Source: Thraustochytrium aureum (taxonomy: Eukaryota). Taken from it: a DNA stretch of 34,580 nt. Under the pieces are notes generated by a model. The model saw only the letters and a list, made by a program, of their open reading frames with translations. It made no database searches and was not told the origin of the DNA. A program made the translations under genes and the position numbers. The stretch lies in the NCBI GenBank assembly GCA_012862495.1, contig BLSG01000208.1:194048-228627 (forward strand). Direction: 5' to 3'. Shown piece after piece: positions 19,994-30,131 of this stretch (position 1 is its first letter; each line of letters starts with the position of its first letter).

Positions 19994-21263
19994 ATGAAGT
20001 ACAGAAAGCTCGGCGAGACCTCGCTGCTGGTGTCCGAGGTGAGCTTCGGGTCGTGGGTGACCTTCCAGGAAGGCGGCCAGGTCGCCGCTGCGGAGAAGGC
20101 GTACGAGCTGATGAAGCGGTGCTATGAAGGCGGCGTCAACTTTTTCGACAACGCAGAGGCGTACGGCGCCGGGGATGCGGAACGACTGATGGGCGCCGCT
20201 ATTGCGCTTGGGGTTCGGAACAAGACGTGGGAACGCGAAGACCTCGTGGTGTCGACCAAGATTTTCTTTGGAGCGCTCCCACCCCAGGGGGGTCGCCCGG
20301 GTACAAAAAGCACCGGAAGGTGGTGAACCGAACAGGCCTCTCGCGCAAGCACATCGTCGAGGGCGTGCAGGGCGCGAAGAGGCGGCTCGGGCTTGAGGCC
20401 ATCGACCTCGTGTTCTGCCACCGGTTTGACCCAGTCGCCAAACGTCGAGGAGGTCGTGCGNNNNNNNNNNNNNNNNNNNNNNNNNNNNNNNNNNNNNNNN
20501 NNNNNNNNNNNNNNNNNNNNNNNNNNNNNNNNNNNNNNNNNNNNNNNNNNNNNNNNNNNNNNNNNNNNNNNNNNNNNNNNNNNNNNNNNNNNNNNNNNNN
20601 NNNNNNNNNNNNNNNNNNNNNNNNNNNNNNNNNNNNNNNNNNNNNNNNNNNNNNNNNNNNCGAGCTGATCGCTCGCGGCGACATCTACTACTGGGGCACT
20701 AGTGAGTGGAGCGCGCAGCAGATCGAGCGGCGCGCGGTATCGCTGCGAAGCTTGGGCTGCAGGGTCCGGCCTTTGACCAGCCCGAGTACAGCCTCCTGGT
20801 GCGCGAAAAGGTAGAGTCTGAGTTCTTGCCCCTCTATCCGCACGTGGGACTCACGACTTGGTCCCCGCTCGGCAGCGGTGTCCTGACCGGCAAGTACGCC
20901 AAAGGCGTGCCGGAAGGTTCGCGGCTCGCGCTGTCCGAGTTCAAGAAGCGGCCCGACTATGCCGAGTTTCAGCGCAACGTGCAGCGCGCAGAGGCACTGC
21001 GACCAATCGCCGAGCGCTTGGGCGCCACGATGGGCCAGGTCGCGCTCGCGTGGTGCCTCAAGAACCCCAACGTCAGCTCGGTCATCACAGGCGCCACAAG
21101 CCTAGACCAGGTCGACGAGAACCTCGGCGCTGTCGACCTTGTCGAGAAACTGACCCCTGCGGTGATGCGTGAGCTGGACGAGGCATTCGGGAACGCGCCC
21201 CGCCGGCCCAGGGCAATGCAGGTCGTCAGCTTTCGCACTGGACCCTTGCGGAGCAAGCTTTGA
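19994..21263 (+). CDS. Aldo-keto reductase, voltage-gated K+ channel beta-subunit (AKR6)-like, ending in SKL; split by three indels and a gap
   Basis: MKYRKLG..VSEVSFGSWVTF, GVNFFDNAEAYG, DLVVSTKIFFG, GLSRKHIVEG, DLVFCHR, YWGTSEWSA, QPEYSLL, TWSPLGSGVLTGKY and LAWCLKNPNVSSVITGAT. Confidence 0.92.
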
Positions 21264-21468
21264 TTGATTGCTTGATTGATTGATCAAGATCAAGATTACA
21301 GAAAGCAGAAAAAAAGCTGACCCCTGCGGTGATGCGCGAGCTTGACGAGGCATTCGGGAACGCGCCCCGCCGGCCCAAGGCAATGCAGGTCGCCAGCTTT
21401 TCGCACTGGACCCTTGCGGAGCAAGCTTTGATTGCTTGATTTTATATAAGATAGACAGAAAGCAGAAA
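21150..21468 (+). repeat. Tandem duplication of the AKR 3' coding end and 3' UTR (about 21150-21311 and 21317-21468)
   Basis: ctgacccctgcggtgatgcg...gcggagcaagctttgattg...cagaaagcagaaa occurs twice with a few substitutions and indels. Confidence 0.92.
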
Positions 21469-21586
21469 CAGGTGTTGATGGTAACCTTGCAGCAACGACG
21501 CCGCTGGCGTGGGACGGCCAACTACGCCCAGGAAAAGCCCGGCCAAGACGGCGTGCGGTGGCCTCATGCGGAACCGCACAGCGAGC

Positions 21587-23044
21587 CTACTCGACGAAGG
21601 GGATAGTCAGGCTCGAGGACGAGGCCGAGTCGGAAACTCCCGCTTGCGCGGTGGGCCATGCGGGAGGTGCCGACGGTGCCGCCATCGGCGGCGAGCGCTT
21701 CTCGGGCACGACGTCTTTCTCGACGCCCCACCGCTCGCGCGCTTCTTCAAGCAGCTGCTCGCTCTTCGCAGAGATTGGCTTGTGGCGGGGGTCGCGGAGG
21801 ATGTGGTCAATGCTGACCACAATCGAGTCGAGGTTGCGTTGAACCCACCGCTCGTATTGAAGCACTCGTTTCAGCTGCTTGTCAATAGCGCGCGACGGGC
21901 GGTTGATGCCGCAGTGAATGGCGATGTCACCAATGATCTTGAGGTCCTTCTTAACGAAGGCCTTTGCAATATGCAGCAATAATGTGATCTCCTCGCTTTT
22001 CCACCTGCCAGTCTCGAAGGTGGATTGGTCATCATTTGCGTTTGCGCGCCGGTTGCGCTTTCGCGCCGCAGCGCCGCTGGCGGGGCTCATGGACGCCATG
22101 CTCCGCGGGCTGGCGGACGGGGGTAGGTGTTCCGGATCGCCAATACTGTGAGGAGAAGTAGAGTACAGGAATTTGTCGGATTCGCTCGCGGCTGGCCCGT
22201 GGCACGGTAGAAGGTCCGGATCAGGGTCGTTCTCTTGCAGGGATATCATCGACAGGTCAAGGCCGGCGTCAAAGCTGGAGCGCTTGCGCAAGCTCGCCGT
22301 TGCTTCTCTGCTGCGGAAGGACTCGCGCAGGTCTTGATCAGGCACGGACTGCCAATGGCGAAGCGGGTGGAGAACACCGCCGCTGGCGGAGGCGCTGTTT
22401 GCCAGTTCAAGATGAGGAGAGCCGCGCTCAGCCTCGCCTTCAAACTCAGACTGTTTCGCGCGCCAGAGAGCGGGGCGCTTCTCAAACGTCCCGATGGGGC
22501 CGTGAAAACCGTCGTTCAGCTCATGCTCCAGTTTGACAGTCACCTGCTCGGGGTGGTCTGCTAAGGGCAGGACAGGGCCTGCAAAGGCGTGTCGAGTCTG
22601 GGGGGTTTGGTTTGTCCAAGACGACGTGGACAGGTCAAAGGTGTAGGCGATCCACGAGAGGTCTTCCTCGGACTCCTTGGTTTGGCCCTGCGCAAAGTTG
22701 TTGCCCCGCTGGAATGGTGGTTGGCGAAACTGGTCCTGCGAGTGCTGGTGCCGCTGGCCTGCCGTGTTGGAGTAGGCGGCCCAGCGCTGGGGGGCCTGGC
22801 TCCCCTGCCCGCGCCCCCCGCTTGCAGGGGCCATTGCCGGGCGTGCGCCGAGGTTGGCGCGCGACGGCTCGCTCATTGATTGCGACAATTTGTGCCACTC
22901 TGGTGGGCCTCGCGCTCCCACAGCAGCTGCCGAGGTGGTATTTGTGTTTGCTATTTCAGGGAGTGGATCGCGCTGCCCTGGGACGCCGCATCCCCTTGGG
23001 CCGTCTCCTGGGCGGGCGTCCTTGGGCTCGCTGTAGCCCTCCAC
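21587..23044 (-). CDS. Low-complexity protein with a C-terminal Myb/SANT-like domain (putative transcription factor); 5' end uncertain
   Basis: 485-codon ORF whose frame stays open up to the gap at 23132. Basic RKRNRR is followed by TGRWKSEEITLLL..GINRPSRAIDKQLKR, a Myb/SANT-like pattern. Confidence 0.65.
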   Translation of the reverse strand: MEGYSEPKDARPGDGPRGCGVPGQRDPLPEIANTNTTSAAAVGARGPPEWHKLSQSMSEPSRANLGARPAMAPASGGRGQGSQAPQRWAAYSNTAGQRHQHSQDQFRQPPFQRGNNFAQGQTKESEEDLSWIAYTFDLSTSSWTNQTPQTRHAFAGPVLPLADHPEQVTVKLEHELNDGFHGPIGTFEKRPALWRAKQSEFEGEAERGSPHLELANSASASGGVLHPLRHWQSVPDQDLRESFRSREATASLRKRSSFDAGLDLSMISLQENDPDPDLLPCHGPAASESDKFLYSTSPHSIGDPEHLPPSASPRSMASMSPASGAAARKRNRRANANDDQSTFETGRWKSEEITLLLHIAKAFVKKDLKIIGDIAIHCGINRPSRAIDKQLKRVLQYERWVQRNLDSIVVSIDHILRDPRHKPISAKSEQLLEEARERWGVEKDVVPEKRSPPMAAPSAPPAWPTAQAGVSDSASSSSLTIPFVE

Positions 23045-23769
23045 TTTGACTCTGGAGCTGTCGGCTGCGGCGTTTGATTTTCCGCCTCCTTCTCTTGGCT
23101 TCCGCTTGCTCGGGCGGATTTGGCTGGCTGANNNNNNNNNNNNNNNNNNNNNNNNNNNNNNNNNNNNNNNNNNNNNNNNNNNNNNNNNNNNNNNNNNNNN
23201 NNNNNNNNNNNNNNNNNNNNNNNNNNNNNNNNNNNNNNNNNNNNNNNNNNNNNNNNNNNNNNNNNNNNNNNNNNNNNNNNNNNNNNNNNNNNNNNNNNNN
23301 NNNNNNNNNNNNNNNNNNNNNNNNNNNNNNNNNNNNNNNNNNNNNNNNNNNNNNNNNNNNNNNNNNNNNNNNNNNNGATGAGCGAGCGTCCAGCTTGCCA
23401 GGCCGGGCCCTCGCAGGCCAGCCAGCCAGGCCCGACGCTCTGCTGGGTTTCTTCAGGCGCGCAGCTGCTCCTGGGTGCTGGTTGGCTCCGCGCTCACGCC
23501 GCGCCCTACCCTCTCGTCCGGCGCCAAACGCAGACCAAAAATCGTGCGCCCCGCGCGTCTGGACCTGCTTGCCGCGCGCCGTCGCGCTGCCGCGACGAGT
23601 CGGTCGGCCGGCCTCGGGGCGCCTGGGACCACGAAAGGACGGCAAGGCCAGGCAGCCAGCCAGCCGGCCTTCCTTTCCAAAGGAGACCGACCACCTGGAC
23701 GCCTCGAGAGGCTCGCCAAGCACACCGGGCGGCGATATGCCTTTGCGCGCAGGCGCCGCGGGCGGAGGC

Positions 23770-23828
23770 CGATCGACAGATCGACCAACCGATCGATCGA
23801 TCGATCGATCGGTCTCGATCGATCAATC
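23770..23828. repeat. (GATC)n microsatellite-like tract
   Basis: cgatcgacagatcgaccaaccgatcgatcgatcgatcgatcggtctcgatcgatcaatc. Confidence 0.8.
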
Positions 23829-25356
23829 GCTGATTGCACTTCGGCGTCCGCCACTCTGCTCCTGCGCTGTTCGCGCTCTGATCTGGCCGAAGAAGGGCTT
23901 GCGTGGTCCAACATCGCGTGGCAAGAGGAGAGGACGGGCTCCACAAAACCAAACCAAAACCAAAACCAGCAAGCACCTTGCCCAGTACCTGCTCACAGTT
24001 GGAGAAAAAGAAAGTAATAAAAAAAAGTAGCAAAATCGCAACCCGGGAAACAAACAGCCGATCGAGGTGAACGAGTTGATTTCGATGATTGATTTCGTGA
24101 ATGACGCTTTCAATCAAGATCAATCAATTGAAGTGAGTGATTGGCCGATCGATTGAAGGAAATAGCACAGCGCCGAGCTCCGAAGCAAAAGCCACCAGAC
24201 CTGCGCGGGAAGGAAAAGGAATGGAATGCAGCAGGGGGTTCACGGGGTTGAAACGCGGACTGTGAAGGGCCCCCACGAGCTGAGTTCTGAGCTGAGCTGG
24301 ACCAGCGTCTCCTCTCCTCCTCTCCACTCGAACCTTTGCGTCCGGCAAGAGGCGTACTCACTCCGCTACGGAAAGTACCGGTACCTCCTCCGAGTCCGTC
24401 GCGAGGTGAGCGCAGGCAGAAGCAGGTACAGTGCATTTTTTGCATCACAGCGCAGCAACCTCTCCTCCTGTGAGTACCGGCAGAATACACGACGCAAACC
24501 TTTCGCCCACCGTCAGGCAGTGAGGGCGGCCAGCATCACGGTGACGCCATGAGGAGAGAGCGCGCTCAGGCTGTGTTTGGCTTACAATGAGGGGAATCTG
24601 GGAGGATCCCGCAAACGAACGCACTGCTCAAGCGCACTCTTGATCCTGACCTCCTGCATCCCCAGAGGGCCCGGGGCAGCCCGCGGGGCTCTGAGGACGG
24701 CGGCCTTGTGAGGCCGGAGATGGGTGGTTGGACGACGAATCTCGTGGGGACGCGCGCCTCTCTGGCACTCGTGCTGGCACCTGTCGTGCTGCCACTCGTG
24801 CTTGCTGGTGCTGTCACTCGTGCTGTTCTGCGCGCGGGAAAACGCCAGGTCCCAAGAGAGACGACCCGCAACAGCCGAGCGCCTCAGGGCCCCCTTCCCT
24901 GCTGCTGCGCAGAGGAGGGCGAGCGTGCTGAGTGGCGAGAAGATGGAGGTGAGCAGAATTCAGTTCAGAAGATATGATACTCTCTAGAGTGAGTCGAGTA
25001 GAGGCGGTAGAGACTCGCCACTCTGCTATCGGCAGGAGGGCGGAGGGAAGGAAGTACTCGACTAACTACGCAGCAGAACGAGAGAACGGTAAGCTCTGTT
25101 GTGAAGAAGCAAAGCTCGCTCTGCTCTGACACGTTCTACCAAGGAGGTTCTACCTCCTTCCTCCGTTCCTCCCTCCCGTCCTCCGTTCCGTTCCGTTCCT
25201 TCCTTCCTTGCTGGTCTACTTCTGAAGGACCGTCACGAGTCCTGAGTCCTGACCCAATCAATCATGATGCTCGAACTCGCACTGGAGCAGACGCACCCGA
25301 CTTGCGTCGGGCAGGCTGACCGCATCGCGATCGGACTCGCTGCAGTTCGCCGTTTC

Positions 25357-25421
25357 GTTGGCTGGCTGGCTGGCTGGCTGTCCGGCTGGCTGGCTGGTTG
25401 GTTGGTTGGTCGGTTGGTTGG
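25357..25421. repeat. Compound (GGCT)n/(GGTT)n microsatellite
   Basis: gttggctggctggctggctggctg...ggttggttggttggtcggttggttgg. Confidence 0.85.
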
Positions 25422-26670
25422 CAGCTGTTCTGCTTGCGGCTTGTGCTTGCGGATCCCCGCACGGGCCCACTACTCGGCGGCTTTCTCTCACGCCGACGAC
25501 CGGTAGGTAGGCCGCCACAGCTCGCCCGCCCGCCGGCTCGCTCGCTCGCTCGCTCGCAGGCCTGCGCTCCGTTGCGCGCTGGGGGCACGGCAAGCCGTCC
25601 CATGCAGCAAGAGAGGCCTCGGTGATGGCGCCAGGATCCTGGTCGTCGGGGCACACCTCTGCCGATCAGGTCCGGCACGAACTGGTACATGCCCAACAGG
25701 CTGCTGCCTCGCGGGCGCGCTCCTGCGCTTGCTTGCGCTACACCTGGCTTTTTGCAGGAAGGTCTCTGCGCGCTGCACTTGGGCGTACGCCGCTGCGTTC
25801 TCCGTCCTGGTGGGCTCGAGCGAGTGGGCCGGCAGGCTGACTCGGCGCTTCCGTGGGCTGCACTTCCGTGGGCTGCGCTTCCGGGCTGCCACGGTTTCCG
25901 CAGCCCGGTCCAGGGGGCTCTTGGCTGCTGCGCATGGCGCCACACGTACGTACACTCCCCGTAGCGCAGCCTGATGAGAGCGCCCCGCCTGGCAGGCTGC
26001 TGCTGAGCATGTGCACCTGGGTCTCCGCGCTCTTGAGCGTCCGAGGCGAGGTGGGCAGGCTGCAGAGCCACAACCGCTGGCGGGGCTTGCCGCTTGCCCA
26101 GGTCAATAATCGGATCCGGCGCGCAACCAGCGAGAGCCGTACGCTATGCTGGCAACGACGTCGCCCAAAGGACGACAGCGGGCCCTTCGCGAGCGTGGCG
26201 AGAGCGACGATGGCGTGCCAATAAGCACGTTAGCCGTCAACAGCCCGATTGAGTCTACCCGTTTGCGAGTCTACCCGTTTGCGTCGGAACGGGACGATGG
26301 GCGGGGCAGGGCGCTCGTGAGACCGACGGGGCTCACCATCGCGAGCTCAGCGCCGCCACCACCGGCTGCGCCCGTCTGGGAGCGTGTGCGAGCGAGCGAG
26401 CGAGCGACGGCGGGCGGGCGAGTTCAAAACCTGACTGCGCCTCTGCTCGCTGTCACGTGCAGGCTCTACTACAAGAAAAACTTGCATTGCAAAAACGCAA
26501 AAACACCGAGGTTTTTGAAACAAAAACTCTTGAGGGGGCCGCCGAGGGTGGAGGATCGCGAAGCGTCCCAATGCTGTTGAGGGGGCGTGAACAGAGCGTG
26601 AGTGCAGGCGTGGGCCTGGGCGTGTGCCGTATGAGCCAAGCCGCACGTCGCTTCCACCCCCCCGGGGCCC

Positions 26671-26775
26671 CTTCATTTCTTCATTTTTTTCCTCATTTCT
26701 TCCTCATTTTTTTCTCATTTTTTTCTCATTTTTTTTCTCAGGCTTTTTCCTTTTTCCTTTTTTGCTTGATTTTGG
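26671..26775. repeat. Pyrimidine-rich tract of repeated CTCAT(T)n units
   Basis: cttcatttcttcattttttt cctcatttcttcctcattttttt ctcattttttt ctcatttttttt ctcagg. Confidence 0.8.
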
Positions 26776-27915
26776 GCTTTGTGGCAAATCGCCATCAAAA
26801 GCGCGACGAACGCGAACTTGGCGAGACGCGGAGCGAAAACTTTGAACTTGTTGCGCAGCCGCGGCGGCGGTTCACAAGCGCGGCATGGGCTGCGGCGCAA
26901 GCCTTGGTTTGTGTCTGGGCGCGGCGCCAGGCACAACGAGCCCTTCTTGATTCCGCATTTGGTTGATTCTCCCTCCCTCCCTTCCTTGCTTCCTTCCTTC
27001 CTCTTTCCCACGTTTTGCGCTACCAGACTTGAAATTGCAATTCCTGAACGAGCGGAGATCACCCTTCCTTTCTTGCGCCGCCCCAGCGCAAGCAGAGCCC
27101 AGCGACACCGAGCCGACTGCTTCGTCGACATGTCCCGAATTGTGCTGGCCCAGCGGACCATAGCGGACCAGAGCGGACCAGGTAGCAAGCGCACGCCTGG
27201 AACGCAAACGAGGTCCCCGCGCCTTGAAAGCCGGTTGTTTGCGAATCTATCCAGGCCTCTGCCTTGCAGGCCCACGAGCGCGAGCGGCAGGAGGTCGGAC
27301 TCGCTCCTCGCGGCGGTCAGTGGGCGTTGCGCGCTGCTGGCTTTGAGGCCACCAAGGGGCAGAGGGCGGCCCCTGGTGGCGATTCTGGCTGCGTCCAACG
27401 ACGCAGAGGCCCGGGCCTAGAGGCCCCGTTAAAAAACGACGCAAGAGCGGGATTCGTCTGCCTCCTCTAGCAGCCTGCGACGGGACATTCTCTGCGCGCG
27501 ACGGAGGCCGCGGGCTGAGGAGGCCCCGGACCAGTCCGGTAGGAACCGGACTGACAACCAAACGTCTGTTCTGACGATGACGACTTGCGATGCTGACAAG
27601 AAACGTCCGTGACGGCGATCGCGCGGATCGAAATCGTTGCTGCCTTGATCCTGATTTGATCAAGAGCGCCACCTGGCAACTTTTGCAAGATGCGAGGCCA
27701 TGAGTGGCGCCAGCTCAGGCGCCCAACTGAACAACTCCCCCTTCCCTCCGCCGCCGAGGTGCGGCCCAGGCTTTGGCAGCACTCATCCCGCTGCACTTGC
27801 GCAGAGCAAGAGCACAAGTCTCGGTTGACAAACAAGCAGGGCGTTTTGATCAAGATCAAGATTGAACAGTACATCACCTAGCGGCCACACTGTTGCGCCG
27901 CCTCGCAGAAACCGG

Positions 27916-29069
27916 CTAGTTCTCAAAGTCGGTGATGCGCACAGCCTCGACGTACGAGCGACGCGACTCCGGGACCTTGAACGACTGCCACTCAACGTAG
28001 GAAGCCATCATGCGACGAATGAGCCAGTCGCCAAACATCAGGCCGTCCGGGTTGGCACCCTCGTCGGCAGACTGCCGGTCCGAGTCGATCAGGTTTGGCG
28101 TCAAGATAGCGCTGTACTTTGGCTCGAGGAACATTGGCGACGAGTACCGCTCTACGCCAATGTCCAGCACGCGATGGAACGTTGCTTTCAGACGCGACTT
28201 GGACAGCTGGTGGAAAAAGTCGCCAATGTTGACCACAAGCGTGTTGCTAACCGGCGCCACGCTGCGGTACTCGCCGTCGATGAGAACTTGAAGCCCTGGG
28301 TAGCCAAAAGTAGCCAGGAAAGTGAGAAATCCGCTGTCGGCGTGCTCTGGCGTGGTCAGCTTGGCCTGGTCTGGGCTCAGGGAGGACGAGTCCACCAGGC
28401 CGGCCGACCGAGGCAAGTAGTGAATCGAGCGGAACGTGGTGAGCGACCCGTCCTTGAACCACGGGTCGAAAAACTCGGCCGGCTTGCCCAGGCCCTCGGC
28501 GAGCAAGTGGATGATCTTGAGCGCCATCGCGTACCAAGACGATCGGGTGCGCTCAAAGACTTGGTGGATCCACGCATACTCGGCGCCCTCTGGGAACGGG
28601 GTGGCTTCGTACAACGGCAAAGAGGTCTCGTCGTCCGACATGGCCGCGTACGGAAACCCCTGATCGAAAAACTCTTTGTGCGAGGCGTCGTTTGGCTTGA
28701 ACGGCTGGTACCCGCGGTACGTGTTGGCGTTGGCTGGTTCGTCTTTCTGCAGGTACATCGTGCGCTTGACCTCTGCGGGCAGCGCGTGCAGCGCCTTGCA
28801 CGCGTTGAGGTATTCCTCTTCGTCGTAGTTTGGGATGTTGGTCAAAACCAAAACCCGATCGTTTCCATCTGTTTCATCAACTCGTCCCGCATGTTGTCCC
28901 TGTCCTCGCGCTGCATGTCAATCGCGTGCAGGTTGTACAGTTCGCCCTCGTCGTTGTAGAGGCTGCGCCGCGGCTCGTCCACCTTGCATTCCTCAACGTC
29001 GCTCGTCGTCGGCCTGTGGCGCGACTGCGTCAACTCTTTCTCTTCTTTGGACGGTGTTGCGTCGGCCAT
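27916..29069 (-). CDS. 2-oxoglutarate/Fe(II)-dependent oxygenase (IPNS/DIOX_N family), about 384 aa, one apparent frameshift
   Basis: YRGYQP, KEFFD, RSIHY, HxD motif EHADSGFLT, PGLQV, LVVNIGD, ATFHRV and RxS motif RYSSPMF. The N-terminal part (..METIGF) joins LVLTNIP if the A4 at 28850-28853 is A5. Confidence 0.9.
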
Positions 29070-29105
29070 CTTGCGCAACCGCTGCACTGCCCTGCTCTTG
29101 CCACA

Positions 29106-29139
29106 CTGCTGCTGCAACTGCTGCTGCTGCTGCTGCTGC
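29106..29139. repeat. (CTG)n trinucleotide repeat upstream of the oxygenase ATG
   Basis: ctgctgctgcaactgctgctgctgctgctgctgc. Confidence 0.85.
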
Positions 29140-30131
29140 CTGCTTTTCCTGCTTTTGCACCTGCACCTGCTCTCGCTGCTGCGATTTCGGGTCTGCGGAT
29201 GCTGTCGTGCTCGGTTCATCGCCAAGCGGTCGTTGTTTTTCAGGCCCCGCTCGCTAGCACGGCAAATCCTTCTTCTGATCAGAGAGAACAAGAAGCGGAC
29301 CGACCTGGCGCAAGCACAGGCGCCTGAGCTCTACCTCCTGTCCAATCCGCTACGTGCAGCCTCCTGCTCTCACGACTGGCCAACGCTGTACTGCGCGGGG
29401 CGGAAAGCATCCCCCACAGAGGGCTCCCAATGCGCGCCCGCAAAGGTCGCTCCAAGAGTCCGAGCCCAGCGGCATCCTTGTTGCGGCCAACGAGAATCAT
29501 CAGCCTGCCTGATGATCAGCATGGCGAGTGATTGAGAGCCTGAGGCTCCCTCCAAGCGATCGCCGAGTGCCGCTGTGCCATGGTGGTGTAGAGTAGGTAC
29601 TTTACTTGCCACGGGAGACGCGCCGACGAGCTTCTGTCGTTGACCTCTGGAACAAATTTGGGGCCAGCGCCTGCAGCCTGTGCTCGCCGCCGTGACTGCG
29701 CATCAACAACGGCAACCAGGCGCGCCCAAGAACAAGGGCAGGACAGAGGCTGCAGTCCCTGGAGTCGACAATCCGCCGACGGGCAGATGAGCAGCCTGGC
29801 CTGGCTCCATCGACAAGGAGGGATCCTCCTTGCCATCGACATCATGATCCAACGTCAGCCTGGCTGAACTCGCGCCGCGCGCCAAACACGACCCGCTGCC
29901 GGCACCACGGATCAGCCCAGCCAGGCCCGCGGCGAGGATCAGACCGCAGACTGCAGAGGAGGCGCAACGACCTGTCACAGACAGAAAAGGAGGGGCTGCT
30001 TGCTGACCCAGTTCTCGACGGCGAAACCGTGACGAATGCCGATCTGTTCTGCTGCGTTCGCAGGTCAAGAGTCTTTGTGCATGTTGGCTACTACTACTTC
30101 GTTATGTTGGTGTTGGCGATGGGGGATCAGT

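Noticed and set aside
19994..21263. AKR as a pseudogene
   Set aside because: All breaks are single-base homopolymer indels near contig ends, catalytic motifs are intact, and there are no in-frame stops after repair.
28842..28860. GGGTTTT as a programmed -1 frameshift site
   Set aside because: The heptamer is in XXX YYY Z phase rather than X XXY YYZ, and similar homopolymer indels occur throughout the window.
7200..29069. PILS plus 2OG oxygenase as an auxin transport/oxidation system
   Set aside because: The genes are about 19 kb apart with unrelated genes between them, and the oxygenase has only generic family motifs.
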